A DNA stretch of 64,000 bases from Planctomycetota bacterium (lineage in GTDB: Bacteria > Planctomycetota > UBA8108 > SXIK01). A model generated the notes under the pieces. The model was not told where the DNA came from and did not search any database. It saw only the letters and a program-made list of their open reading frames with translations. The position numbers and the translations under genes were made by a program. Positions within the stretch are counted from its first letter, which is position 1; each line of letters begins with the position of its first letter. Of this stretch, positions 8,946 to 18,063 are shown piece after piece. The DNA is taken from the NCBI GenBank assembly GCA_965223845.1, contig CBDCXR010000004.1, positions 2,784,001 through 2,848,000 on the forward strand, in the 5' to 3' direction.

Positions 8946-11123
8946 TCAGTTTCCAGGAGTCTCCGCCGCTTCAGCCGCGGCCTCCGGGCCGCCTTCGATT
9001 CCGCTGAAGCCGGGATGATTGAAGACAAAGATCACACCGGCGGCGATCAAGACCCCGGCGACGAGCAGCACGGAGGCGTACACGTACTGCTGGAGAAGTC
9101 CCGTCTGGAGTCGCTTGACCTTGCGACCGCCCCAGAGCGTGACGTCGCCGAGTCCGCGCACGGAGCCATCGACGCCGTCGAAGTCCACCGTACCGACGAC
9201 GCCGGTGAAGTACTGGCATACCGTTCCGGTCCAGTTCACGAATCCGTCGACGACGTACTTATCGAATACTCCACACGCGAAATTCGCGGTGTGAAGAAGA
9301 CGGAGCGTGATCCACGTGTAGAAGCGGTCGATGTACCAGAGGTTCCTAAGGCACGTGTTGATCGCGGCGAGCGGACCGGACGCGACAACGTTCTTTCCGT
9401 AGAACGGCCCCGACGGGAGAAAGAACGCCCAGGCGAGCGCGAGCCCGGCAACGAACAACCCACTGGCCACGTAAGGGACGACGTGATGGGCTTCGGTGTA
9501 CGCCGCCATCATGGCGTCGAACTGGGTCGTAACCGTCCCGAACGGAACGAGGACCTCCGACGCAACGCGATTCTCGAACCAGTGGATGTCGAGGACGAAG
9601 GGAATGCCGCCCGCGATCACCGAGAGCACGGCGAGAATGATCAGCGGCACGGTCATCGTGAGCGGAGACTCGTGCGCGTGCTCGTAGGCCTTCTCGTTTC
9701 TCGGCGTGCCGTAGAACGTCTTGAAGAACATGCGGAACATGTAGAAGCAGGTCATGCCCGCCGTCACCGTTCCGAGGAGGAACGGCATCCATGCGAGCGC
9801 CGTCCCGCGATGCTCGGCGAACGCGCTCGCCTGAGAGAGGATCGCGTCCTTGGACCAAAAGCCGGAGAGAAACGGCAGTCCCGCGATCGCGAGAGTTCCG
9901 ATGAGGAACGTCGCGTGCGTAATCGGCAGCTTCTTCCGAAGCCCGCCCATGTCGTCCATCTCGTTTGAATGGACCGCGTGGATCACGCTTCCCGAGCCGA
10001 GGAAGAGGAGCGCCTTGAAGAAGGCGTGGGTCACGAGGTGGAAGAGTCCGGCGAAGACACTCCCGCATCCGAGCCCGAGCACCATGTACCCGAGCTGCGA
10101 AATCGTCGAATACGCGAGGACCTTCTTGATGTCCGTCTGGCTGAACGCGATCGTCGCCGCGAAGAACGCGGTGAACCCTCCGACGAGAGCGATCACGAAG
10201 AGTGTGTCGCTGCTCATGAAGTCGCCGCCGGCAAAGTATGGCGCGCCGGCGAGGAGCGGAAACATCCGTCCGATGAGGTAGACACCCGCTGCGACCATCG
10301 TCGCGGCGTGAATCAGCGCCGACACGGGAGTCGGACCCTCCATCGCATCGGGAAGCCAAACGTGCAGCGGAAACTGCGCCGACTTTCCGACGGGACCGAT
10401 GAAGAGACAGATCCCGGCGAAGGTGAGCAGCGCAGCCGGCCACGCCCCCGCTTCGACGCTGGCGAAGATTCGGTCATAGTCGAGCGAACCGACCTGCGTC
10501 GCGATCACGAGGATCGCGATGAAGAAGCCGATGTCGCCGATCCGCGTCGTCATGAACGCCTTGATGGACGCGGCCTGCGCGGACTTCTTCTCGAAGTAGA
10601 ATCCGATGAGGAAGTAAGAGCAGAGGCCGACGAGCTCCCAAAAGATGAACGTGAAGAGCAGGTTTCCCGCGATGCAGAGCCCGAGCATCGAAAAGGAGAA
10701 GAGCCCGAGGAACGCGAAAAACCGCGGGTAACGCACCTCGCCGTGCATGTACCCCATGGAATACACGTGAACGAGGAGGCTCACGAGCGTCACGACGAAG
10801 AGCATGACGATCGTCAAATTGTCGATCGCGATGCTGAAGTCGAGTCGGAACCCACCGTTCGCATCGTTTCCGATGTCGATCCAGCCGAGACCGAGCTCCG
10901 GGTACCAGAGCTGCGCGACGACGCCCTGCTCAGCCGAAAGGAGCTGCGCGGTGAGGTAGAGGGCGATCGCGAACGAGCCGCCGATGAAAATCGTCGGCAC
11001 CCAGTCGCCCTGACGCGGCAACTTGCTCCCGCAAAGCGCTTGGATGACGAAACCGACCAGCGGCAGCACGGTGAGAACGAGCGCCCACTGGCAGAAGTCG
11101 ATGTTTTCAGTGCTGACCGGCAT
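8946..11123 (-). CDS. nuoL: NADH-quinone oxidoreductase subunit L with extended lateral helix
   Basis: FIFWELVG, GKSAQFPLHVWLPDAMEGPTPVSALIHAATMV, HAFFKALLF, LQTG. Confidence 0.97.
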   Translation of the reverse strand: MPVSTENIDFCQWALVLTVLPLVGFVIQALCGSKLPRQGDWVPTIFIGGSFAIALYLTAQLLSAEQGVVAQLWYPELGLGWIDIGNDANGGFRLDFSIAIDNLTIVMLFVVTLVSLLVHVYSMGYMHGEVRYPRFFAFLGLFSFSMLGLCIAGNLLFTFIFWELVGLCSYFLIGFYFEKKSAQAASIKAFMTTRIGDIGFFIAILVIATQVGSLDYDRIFASVEAGAWPAALLTFAGICLFIGPVGKSAQFPLHVWLPDAMEGPTPVSALIHAATMVAAGVYLIGRMFPLLAGAPYFAGGDFMSSDTLFVIALVGGFTAFFAATIAFSQTDIKKVLAYSTISQLGYMVLGLGCGSVFAGLFHLVTHAFFKALLFLGSGSVIHAVHSNEMDDMGGLRKKLPITHATFLIGTLAIAGLPFLSGFWSKDAILSQASAFAEHRGTALAWMPFLLGTVTAGMTCFYMFRMFFKTFYGTPRNEKAYEHAHESPLTMTVPLIILAVLSVIAGGIPFVLDIHWFENRVASEVLVPFGTVTTQFDAMMAAYTEAHHVVPYVASGLFVAGLALAWAFFLPSGPFYGKNVVASGPLAAINTCLRNLWYIDRFYTWITLRLLHTANFACGVFDKYVVDGFVNWTGTVCQYFTGVVGTVDFDGVDGSVRGLGDVTLWGGRKVKRLQTGLLQQYVYASVLLVAGVLIAAGVIFVFNHPGFSGIEGGPEAAAEAAETPGN

Positions 11124-11178
11124 GGTGGTTCGGCTGCCTTCGGTATCTCGGCGACCCGCGATCGGTCGCGGCGAGACG

Positions 11179-11583
11179 TCAACCCTTGAGCGACTGCGCC
11201 TCCGGGACGTCCACCGTGTTGAGATTGCTAAACAGATTGAGCACGATCGCGATGGCGACAGCGGCCTCGGCCGCCGCGATCACGACGATAAACAGGGTCA
11301 CGATCTGCCCGTCCACGAGACCGGCGGGCGTAAACTTTGAAAACGCGACAAAGTTGAGTCCGGCCGAGTTGAGCATGAGCTCGACGCCCATCAGAACGGC
11401 GATCGCGTTCCGCCGCGTGATGATGATCATCAACCCGATTCCGAAGGCGAGTGCGCTCACGACGAGATAGTGGGAAAGCCCAACGTCGCTCGCCGCCTGA
11501 GTCACCTCGGGAGTCGCGGCCTCCGCAGTAGCGGCGGCCTGCGCGAGCCAAGGGGAGATCAAGGAGTCGAATGCCTTGAGCAT
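11179..11583 (-). CDS. nuoK: NADH-quinone oxidoreductase subunit K
   Basis: RRNAIAVLMGVELMLN and AAAEAAVAIAI; N-terminal extension. Confidence 0.93.
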   Translation of the reverse strand: MLKAFDSLISPWLAQAAATAEAATPEVTQAASDVGLSHYLVVSALAFGIGLMIIITRRNAIAVLMGVELMLNSAGLNFVAFSKFTPAGLVDGQIVTLFIVVIAAAEAAVAIAIVLNLFSNLNTVDVPEAQSLKG

Positions 11584-12132
11584 CTAGCGACCCTCCCCTT
11601 CCGTCGGGGGCGACTCGCCGCCCTTTGTCCGCTCACCGTCGCGCCGGACGAGGTAGCTCGCTCCGACCATCGCGACGAGGAGCAGAATCGACACCGCTTC
11701 GAAGGGCAGGACGTACCGACTCATGAAGTCGGCGCCGATCTCGCGCGCGACGAATCCACCGTCCTTCGGCGGGATTTCATTCCAAGGCACGCCGCGGGCG
11801 AGAAGGATCAGTCCGACGATCACCCCGAAGCCGGTGACGACCCCGGGCAGGATCAACGTCCAGTGGCGACGTTCCCGGAGAGGGATGTCGACCTTCTGCG
11901 TGAGCATGATTCCAAAGAGCATGAGGATCAGGATTCCACCGATGTAAACGACGACTTGCGTGAAGCCGAGGAAGCCCGCTCCCATGTGAAGGTAAAGGCC
12001 CGCGAAACCCGCGAGGCTCAGAATGAGCCAGAACGCCATGTGCACGATGTCCCGCGTGAAAAGAACGATCAACGCGGGCAGCACCGTCGCGACGGCGAAC
12101 ACCCAGAACATGAAGTCGCTAAAAAAATCCAC
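11584..12132 (-). CDS. nuoJ: NADH-quinone oxidoreductase subunit J
   Basis: QVVVYIGGILILMLFGIML and YVLPFEAVSILLL. Confidence 0.93.
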   Translation of the reverse strand: MDFFSDFMFWVFAVATVLPALIVLFTRDIVHMAFWLILSLAGFAGLYLHMGAGFLGFTQVVVYIGGILILMLFGIMLTQKVDIPLRERRHWTLILPGVVTGFGVIVGLILLARGVPWNEIPPKDGGFVAREIGADFMSRYVLPFEAVSILLLVAMVGASYLVRRDGERTKGGESPPTEGEGR

Positions 12133-12231
12133 GGTCAGAATCCACCGCTGGTTCGCTGGATTTCGGTTTCACTCCGCGCGTCGATCCCGCGGGAGACGAA
12201 CCGGACTGCGCCAGAGCGTGCCCGCTCGGCG

Positions 12232-12870
12232 CTATTTCTTTTTCTCGCCGCCTTTCTTTCCGCCTTCGCTCTTCGCTTCCTTCGCCTTCTCTTCCTTCAG
12301 CTTCTCCGCATTGCGTGCGGCGGCTTCCTTGTCCGCCTGAGCGCGCGCTTTCTTCTCCGCCGCTAGGCGCTCGTTCTCCCCTCGAGCCCACTCGACAAAG
12401 CGCTCGTCTTCGTCGGTGTACACCTCATCCGTGAGGAGATTCTTCTCCATCATGGTTCGGTCGGTAGCGTGGTAGTCGAAGTCGGGACCGAGGAAGATGC
12501 ACTTCGGCGGACAGGGTTCCTCACAGAGTCCGCAGAAGATGCACACCGTGTAGTCGACGGTAAACTTCGCGAGCGTCGCCTTCTGCCCGCGATAGCCCCC
12601 CTTCAGCACCCCGTCCGATCCGCGCGTCCCTTCGATGTAGATGCAGTCGACCGGGCAGATGTCGGAACACTTCCAGCACATCACGCACTTTTCGGTCTCG
12701 AGATAATGAATTCCGCGATGCCGCGGCGGGATCGGGTCTTGCTCGTGCGGATACTGAACCGTGATCGTGTGCTTCTTGTAGTTGAGGAAATACTTCAGCG
12801 TGATGCCCATGCCGATCATGATCGACTTGGCGACTCTGAAGATGTCCGAGAAGTAACGACTCACTGACAT
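12232..12870 (-). CDS. nuoI: NADH-quinone oxidoreductase subunit I (2x[4Fe-4S])
   Basis: TVQYP, CVMCWKCSDICP and CIFCGLCEEPCP; Lys/Glu-rich tail. Confidence 0.93.
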   Translation of the reverse strand: MSVSRYFSDIFRVAKSIMIGMGITLKYFLNYKKHTITVQYPHEQDPIPPRHRGIHYLETEKCVMCWKCSDICPVDCIYIEGTRGSDGVLKGGYRGQKATLAKFTVDYTVCIFCGLCEEPCPPKCIFLGPDFDYHATDRTMMEKNLLTDEVYTDEDERFVEWARGENERLAAEKKARAQADKEAAARNAEKLKEEKAKEAKSEGGKKGGEKKK

Positions 12871-12906
12871 GAGTTCTTTCCTCGACGCCCGCGGGCGCCT
12901 ACCGAA

Positions 12907-14148
12907 TCAGTTCGCAACGAACCCAAAGAACGCCCGGCCTCCCGTCATGAGGTCCCAGGCAACCGCTCCGACGAGGCCGACCATGCTGAGAGGAAGCAAC
13001 ACTTTCCAGCAGATGTACATCATCTGATCGAGGCGCACGCGCGGGAGCGTCCAGCGCACCCACATCTGAATGAAAACGAGGAAGATCGCCTTGTTCACGA
13101 AGACGCCGGCCTTGATCAACATGCCGGCTGTCACCGCGAGGGCCGACGAGTCCGCGCTCATCCCGATCGAGTCGATGATTGGGATCCCGCTCCACCACCC
13201 GCCGAGATAAAGCGCGACCGCGATCGCCGAAACGAGATACATCGCGCCGTACTCGGCCATGAAGAAAAGGCCGAAGCGCATGCCGCTGTACTCGGTGTGA
13301 AAGCCGGAGACGAGCTCCGACTCCGCCTCGGGGAGATCGAAGGGCGCGCGCTTGCACTCCGCGAGACTCGCCACGAGGTAGACGATCATAAGGAGCGGCA
13401 TGAACGGATTGCGAAAGACGAACCACGAGAAGAACCAGCCCTCCTGCTGGTTGACGACCTCGACGAGCGAGAACGACCCCGCGAGCGCGATCACGGTGAC
13501 GAACGCGAGCCCGATCGGGATCTCGTAGCTCACCATCTGCGCGGCGGTCCGAATCGTGGCGAAGAGCGACCACTTATTGTTCGAAGCCCAGCCGGCCATG
13601 ATCACGCCGAGCACTTCGGTCGATCCGACGGCAGCGACGAAGAAGAGTCCGAGGTGCATGTCGCTCGCGACGAGGTTGTGCCCGAAGGGAAGCGGCACGA
13701 ATCGAATGAGCACGCCGGCGAAGACGATCATCGGCGCGAGCGCAAACAGCGGGCGGCTCGCGAGTCGCGGGATGATGTCTTCCTTCGCGATGAGCTTGAG
13801 ACCGTCGGCGAGCGTCTGAAGCGCCCCGTGCGGCCCGACTTCCATCGGACCGAGACGGCACTGCATGTGTGCCGACACCTTCCGTTCGAGCCAGACGGCA
13901 AAGAGCGAGAAGACGTTGATGAAGCCGAAAATGAGGAGACACACGATCAGCATCGCGAGCCCCGTAAAGACGAGGTCGAGGCCGACGAACGTCGTCGCCG
14001 AGTCGCCGGCGAAATAGGCGAACGCCGAATCCATGAGCGATTCGATGAAGTTCGGGCCGTGGATCTCCGGCGTATCACGCTCGGCGCCCAGCTGCTCGTA
14101 AGTCTTCGCCTGCCCGAGAACTACGGATAGCGCCGCGGTCAAGTTCAT
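12907..14148 (-). CDS. nuoH: NADH-quinone oxidoreductase subunit H
   Basis: WLERKVSA, RLGP, PFDLPEAESELVSGFHTEYSG, RWTLPRVRLDQ. ATG 14148 overlaps the nuoD stop (ATGA). Confidence 0.96.
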   Translation of the reverse strand: MNLTAALSVVLGQAKTYEQLGAERDTPEIHGPNFIESLMDSAFAYFAGDSATTFVGLDLVFTGLAMLIVCLLIFGFINVFSLFAVWLERKVSAHMQCRLGPMEVGPHGALQTLADGLKLIAKEDIIPRLASRPLFALAPMIVFAGVLIRFVPLPFGHNLVASDMHLGLFFVAAVGSTEVLGVIMAGWASNNKWSLFATIRTAAQMVSYEIPIGLAFVTVIALAGSFSLVEVVNQQEGWFFSWFVFRNPFMPLLMIVYLVASLAECKRAPFDLPEAESELVSGFHTEYSGMRFGLFFMAEYGAMYLVSAIAVALYLGGWWSGIPIIDSIGMSADSSALAVTAGMLIKAGVFVNKAIFLVFIQMWVRWTLPRVRLDQMMYICWKVLLPLSMVGLVGAVAWDLMTGGRAFFGFVAN

Positions 14149-15290
14149 CGGTCGACCTCTCCCATGACGATGTCGAAGCTCCCGATGATCGCGACCAGGT
14201 CCGCGAGCATGCACGTCCCGTCGGCCGTCATCGCATCCAGGATGCTGATGTTGTTGAACGACGGCCCGCGCGCCTTCACTCGGTACGGGTTGGCGGTGCC
14301 GTCGCTCACGACGTAGAACCCGACCTCGCCGCGCGCGCCTTCGACCTTGTGATACGTCTCGCCCTTCTTCGGCTTGACGGCGCGGTAGGCCTTCTTGTCG
14401 CAAAACGGCCCGTCGGGAATCCCGTCGAGCGCCTGCCGCACGATCTTGCAGCTCTCGCGCATTTCGCGAATTCGGACCATGTACCGATCCCAGCAGTCGC
14501 CGAGTTGCCCCATCTCGCCCGACCCGACCGGGACGTCGAACTCGAAGCGGTCGTAGATTCCGTACGGCTCATCGCGGCGCAGGTCTCTCGCGACTCCGCT
14601 TCCGCGAAGCGAAGGACCGGTCACGCCGTAGTTGATCGCCATATCTGCACCGAGCACGCCGACGTTCGCCGTTCGCGAGATGAAAATCCCGTTGTACGAC
14701 AGGAGCGAGTCGTACTCGTCGATGACGGCGGGCTCGAAGTAGTCGACGAACTCGCGCGCGTCCCGCAGCGTCTCCTCCGTCATGTCGAAAGACACACCGC
14801 CGACGCGCACGTAACTGTAATTGAGCCGCTGCCCGCAGATCTTCTCGAAGATCTTCAGAATCTTCTCGCGGTCGCGCCACGCGTGGAGGAACGGCGTGAT
14901 CGCGCCGAGATCGAGCGCGTAGGTGCCGAACGAGATCAGATGGCTCGCAATGCGATTGAGCTCCATCACGATCACGCGGATGTACTCCGCCCGTTCCGGC
15001 ACGTTCAAGCCGAGGAGCTTCTCAACCGCCTGCGAGTACGCCAGGTTGTTCCCGATCGCGCACAGGTAGTCCATGCGATCCGTGTACGGAACGACCTGGA
15101 TGTAGTTGTTCCCTTCGGCGCACTTCTCGAAGCAGCGGTGCAGGTAACCGACGTGGGACTCGGTCTCGAGCACCATCTCGCCGTCCGTCCGCACGACCAC
15201 GCGAAACACCCCGTGGGTGCTGGGATGCTGCGGCCCCATGTTGAGGAGCATCTCCTCGGTGCGGACGTCCTGAATGCCGATCGATTCCAT
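14145..15290 (-). CDS. nuoD: NADH-quinone oxidoreductase subunit D
   Basis: NMGPQHPSTHGV, GYLHR, DRMDY and C-terminal GEVDR; quinone-site His/Tyr intact. Confidence 0.97.
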   Translation of the reverse strand: MESIGIQDVRTEEMLLNMGPQHPSTHGVFRVVVRTDGEMVLETESHVGYLHRCFEKCAEGNNYIQVVPYTDRMDYLCAIGNNLAYSQAVEKLLGLNVPERAEYIRVIVMELNRIASHLISFGTYALDLGAITPFLHAWRDREKILKIFEKICGQRLNYSYVRVGGVSFDMTEETLRDAREFVDYFEPAVIDEYDSLLSYNGIFISRTANVGVLGADMAINYGVTGPSLRGSGVARDLRRDEPYGIYDRFEFDVPVGSGEMGQLGDCWDRYMVRIREMRESCKIVRQALDGIPDGPFCDKKAYRAVKPKKGETYHKVEGARGEVGFYVVSDGTANPYRVKARGPSFNNISILDAMTADGTCMLADLVAIIGSFDIVMGEVDR

Positions 15291-15330
15291 GCGTTCTTCG
15301 TAGCTCCCGGACCGCGCGATCGCGCGCAGC

Positions 15331-15819
15331 TCAGTAGACGACGTTCCTGATTCCTCGGTACGTCTCGGGAATGACGTAGTCCTTCCGCAGCGGATGCCCC
15401 TCCCAATCTTCGGCGCAGAGAATGCGGACGAGATTGGGATGGCCTTCGAAGATGACGCCGACGAGGTCGAAGGTTTCGCGCTCGTGCCAGTCCGCGGTAC
15501 GCCAGACGCTCTCGACGCTGGCGACCGCCGGATTGTCTCGCGGAAGCGCGACCTTGACGATGAGTCGGTGCAGCTGGCGCGTCGAGTCGAGGCAGTAGAC
15601 CACTTCGATCTCTTCGCGATCCGGATAGTCGACTCCCGAGATCAAGCTGAGCAGATCGAAGTCGAGACGCGAGTCCGAACGGACGAACTGCGCGAGCTCG
15701 AGAAGACGATCAGCCTTCACGACGAGGAACGGATCGACGATGCCGCGCTGGTCGTCGACGACGCCGTCGCCCAGCTTCTCCTTCACGATGTCGTGAATCG
15801 CTTCTCGCTCGAGTCCCAT
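15331..15819 (-). CDS. nuoC: NADH-quinone oxidoreductase subunit C
   Basis: ADWHERETFDLVGVIFEGHP and WEGHPLRKDY. Confidence 0.95.
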   Translation of the reverse strand: MGLEREAIHDIVKEKLGDGVVDDQRGIVDPFLVVKADRLLELAQFVRSDSRLDFDLLSLISGVDYPDREEIEVVYCLDSTRQLHRLIVKVALPRDNPAVASVESVWRTADWHERETFDLVGVIFEGHPNLVRILCAEDWEGHPLRKDYVIPETYRGIRNVVY

Positions 15820-15916
15820 CTCTCGCCGCTCCTCAGAGCGTCCTCACCACGACTCCCGGTCTGAACACCGAACCACCGATCGAGCCGAAGTCGTCCCGAT
15901 CTCCGCGCGCTGAGCC

Positions 15917-16477
15917 CTACGCCTCTGCCGGCCCGACGGGCTGCGGCACGTAGACTTCCGGCTTCGTGCTGCGCCGCGTGCGGTCGGCAATTCGCTCGCG
16001 CCGCATCAACTTTTGAACCTTAAAGAGCCCCTCGAGAAGCGCCTCCGGCCGCGGCGGACAGCCGGGCACGTAGACGTCCACCGGGATGAGAAGGTCGACG
16101 CCCTTCACAACGTGGTAGCCGTGTTTCACGTACGGTCCGCCACGAATGACGCAGCCGCCCATCGCAATCACGTACTTCGGCTCGGGCATCTGGTCGTAGA
16201 GACGCCGCACCCGCGGCCCCATCTTGTGCGTCACGGTTCCGGCGACGACCATCAGGTCGGCCTGTCGCGGCGTGGCGCGAAACGGACCCGACCCGAAGCG
16301 ATCGATGTCGTACTTGGACGCCCCGGTCGCCATCATCTCGATCGCACAGCACGCGAGCCCGAAGGTGAGTGGCCACACCGAGGACGCGCGCGTCCAGTTC
16401 ACGAGCTCGTCAACCGTGCTCAGAAAGACATTGTCCTTCACGAGCGGGTCGGGATTCAGATTCTCGGGCATGGTCAT
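15917..16477 (-). CDS. nuoB: NADH-quinone oxidoreductase subunit B
   Basis: [19 protein letters not shown] and [14 protein letters not shown]. Confidence 0.97.
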   Translation of the reverse strand: MTMPENLNPDPLVKDNVFLSTVDELVNWTRASSVWPLTFGLACCAIEMMATGASKYDIDRFGSGPFRATPRQADLMVVAGTVTHKMGPRVRRLYDQMPEPKYVIAMGGCVIRGGPYVKHGYHVVKGVDLLIPVDVYVPGCPPRPEALLEGLFKVQKLMRRERIADRTRRSTKPEVYVPQPVGPAEA

Positions 16478-16860
16478 CGCAGATCACCCACCACCGTGCG
16501 ACCGAGTCGCCGGTCTTTCGTTTCGCCGGTTTCGTCGTCCTGGTTTCTCGCCCGCCGCGAACGGGAGGGCGAAGCGATCGAACTCCGCAAGGAACGAACG
16601 GGCCTCAAGACTCGGGAGGCGCGCCTGCATCTCACGTGCACCCGCGCGCGAAAAATCACCCGAGCCGCCGTCAAGGTCGCGCGGCCGACGCAAGCCACAT
16701 CACGTGAGCCGACGCAGGCCAACCCAAAACCTTCCGGCCCGGCCGCGAAAGAACCCCCACCGCCGCTAAGAAATGTCAGTGCCAGAGGTTGCGCCTCGGA
16801 TGCCGAGCGATCGCCGCGCATTCTACTCACGCGGTGTCGCAGCGAGGAAGTCGACACGCG

Positions 16861-16877
16861 TGGGACAAATTGTCGCA
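16861..16877. promoter_or_regulatory. Imperfect palindrome, possible regulator site between nuoA and nuoB
   Basis: TGGGACAAATTGTCGCA in a 423-bp gap; resembles the GNGRC-N5-GTCGC box of RegA/RegR-type regulators. Confidence 0.3.
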
Positions 16878-16900
16878 TTGATGGCTCAGAGAGAACGCGA

Positions 16901-17368
16901 TCAGCCGCGCACGAGCTCGGCCGACGATTCGCTCTCCGGCGCCGGTCGTGGCGCCCCGGGTACCGCCGATTTCGCGCTCGTCGACTTCACCCAGTCGAGG
17001 TCGCCCTTCGACCAGCAGTACACGAAGCCGACGCCCAGGATCACCAGGAAGAAGAGGACCTCGAGAAAAAGAAACGAGCCGAAACCCGCTTCTCGAAAGC
17101 CCTTGAACACGAGCGCCCACGGAAAGAGGAACGTGACCTCGACGTCGAAGATGAGAAACACGAGGGCGATCGTGTAGAAGCGCATGTCGAACCGGACCCA
17201 CGACGGTCCAACGGTGGGCTCGCCGCACTCGTACGTCTCCATCTTCCCGGATTCCGAAGGATCCTGGACCCGCGGACGAAGGAGTCGCCCGATCACCGCT
17301 ACGGTGACAAGGACAAACACGAGTCCGAAGAGGAGAAAAACGAGAACCGTGGAGAGTTCGTATCCCAT
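16901..17368 (-). CDS. nuoA: NADH-quinone oxidoreductase subunit A
   Basis: KMETYECGE, FLIFDVEVTFLFPWA, KGDLDW. Confidence 0.96.
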   Translation of the reverse strand: MGYELSTVLVFLLFGLVFVLVTVAVIGRLLRPRVQDPSESGKMETYECGEPTVGPSWVRFDMRFYTIALVFLIFDVEVTFLFPWALVFKGFREAGFGSFLFLEVLFFLVILGVGFVYCWSKGDLDWVKSTSAKSAVPGAPRPAPESESSAELVRG

Positions 17369-17426
17369 CGAAGTCGAGCCGGGAAGGTTCGTGTGAGCGC
17401 GCGTCGATCCAAGCGGATCAGAGCAA

Positions 17427-17454
17427 AGACTATAAAAGCGCCCTCGATTTGCAA
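17427..17454 (-). promoter_or_regulatory. Putative sigma70 promoter of nuoA
   Basis: TTGCAA-16 nt-TAGTCT on the minus strand, in an AT-rich patch about 60 bp upstream of nuoA. Confidence 0.35.
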
Positions 17455-17503
17455 CGGCTTTTTTCGCCGGGCGCGCGCGAGCCGACCGGGGAAGAGATCG
17501 GGC

Positions 17504-18040
17504 TCATCGCGCCGCGGGACTAGCGTCTGTCGCGGCCAGAGTGCGGTTGATCTCCTCGATCGCCCGGCGATTGTCGACCGCCGCCCGGACTTCCGCGCGA
17601 AACGCGAGGGCATTCGCGACGAGCGCGAACACGACAACCACCGCGTGTACCCACCATCCCGGAACGTCGCGGAGGAGGACGCTTCCGTCCGGACGGATGA
17701 TTCGACTGTGAACCTCGCCCCCCATGAGGGCCGTCAGAATGATCAGCGCGGACGCGAGGCAAGCGAGGGGAAACACGCGACGCTTCAGCTCGCGTGTGAG
17801 CGGGACGTATTTCTGGGCGAGCGCCGGATGCTCCTCAACGGCGTCGCGCACGTCCTTTCCCGTCCCGATCAAGTAGAACATCGAGAGACAGTGGATGAAG
17901 CAGGTGAAAATCGACGTTCCGAGCCCCAGCGTGAAGTGCTGGAGCACGGCCTCGCGGCCGTCGAGAGTCACACCCGCAGCGGCGGTGACGACAAGAAGCA
18001 CCGCGTCCACCGCGATAAATACCAGTAGCGCTACGTACAC
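17504..18040 (-). CDS. Hypothetical four-helix membrane protein
   Basis: Four hydrophobic segments with His residues (QHFTLG, IHCLSMFYLIGTG, VHAVVV); co-oriented with nadA and nuoA. Confidence 0.75.
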   Translation of the reverse strand: MYVALLVFIAVDAVLLVVTAAAGVTLDGREAVLQHFTLGLGTSIFTCFIHCLSMFYLIGTGKDVRDAVEEHPALAQKYVPLTRELKRRVFPLACLASALIILTALMGGEVHSRIIRPDGSVLLRDVPGWWVHAVVVVFALVANALAFRAEVRAAVDNRRAIEEINRTLAATDASPAAR

Positions 18041-18063
18041 GGGGCCTCGGCGTCGCGCCGTCC

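Noticed and set aside
14149-14403. N-terminal extension of the nuoH ORF
   Set aside because: It overlaps nuoD; the ATGA-coupled start at 14148 is more plausible.
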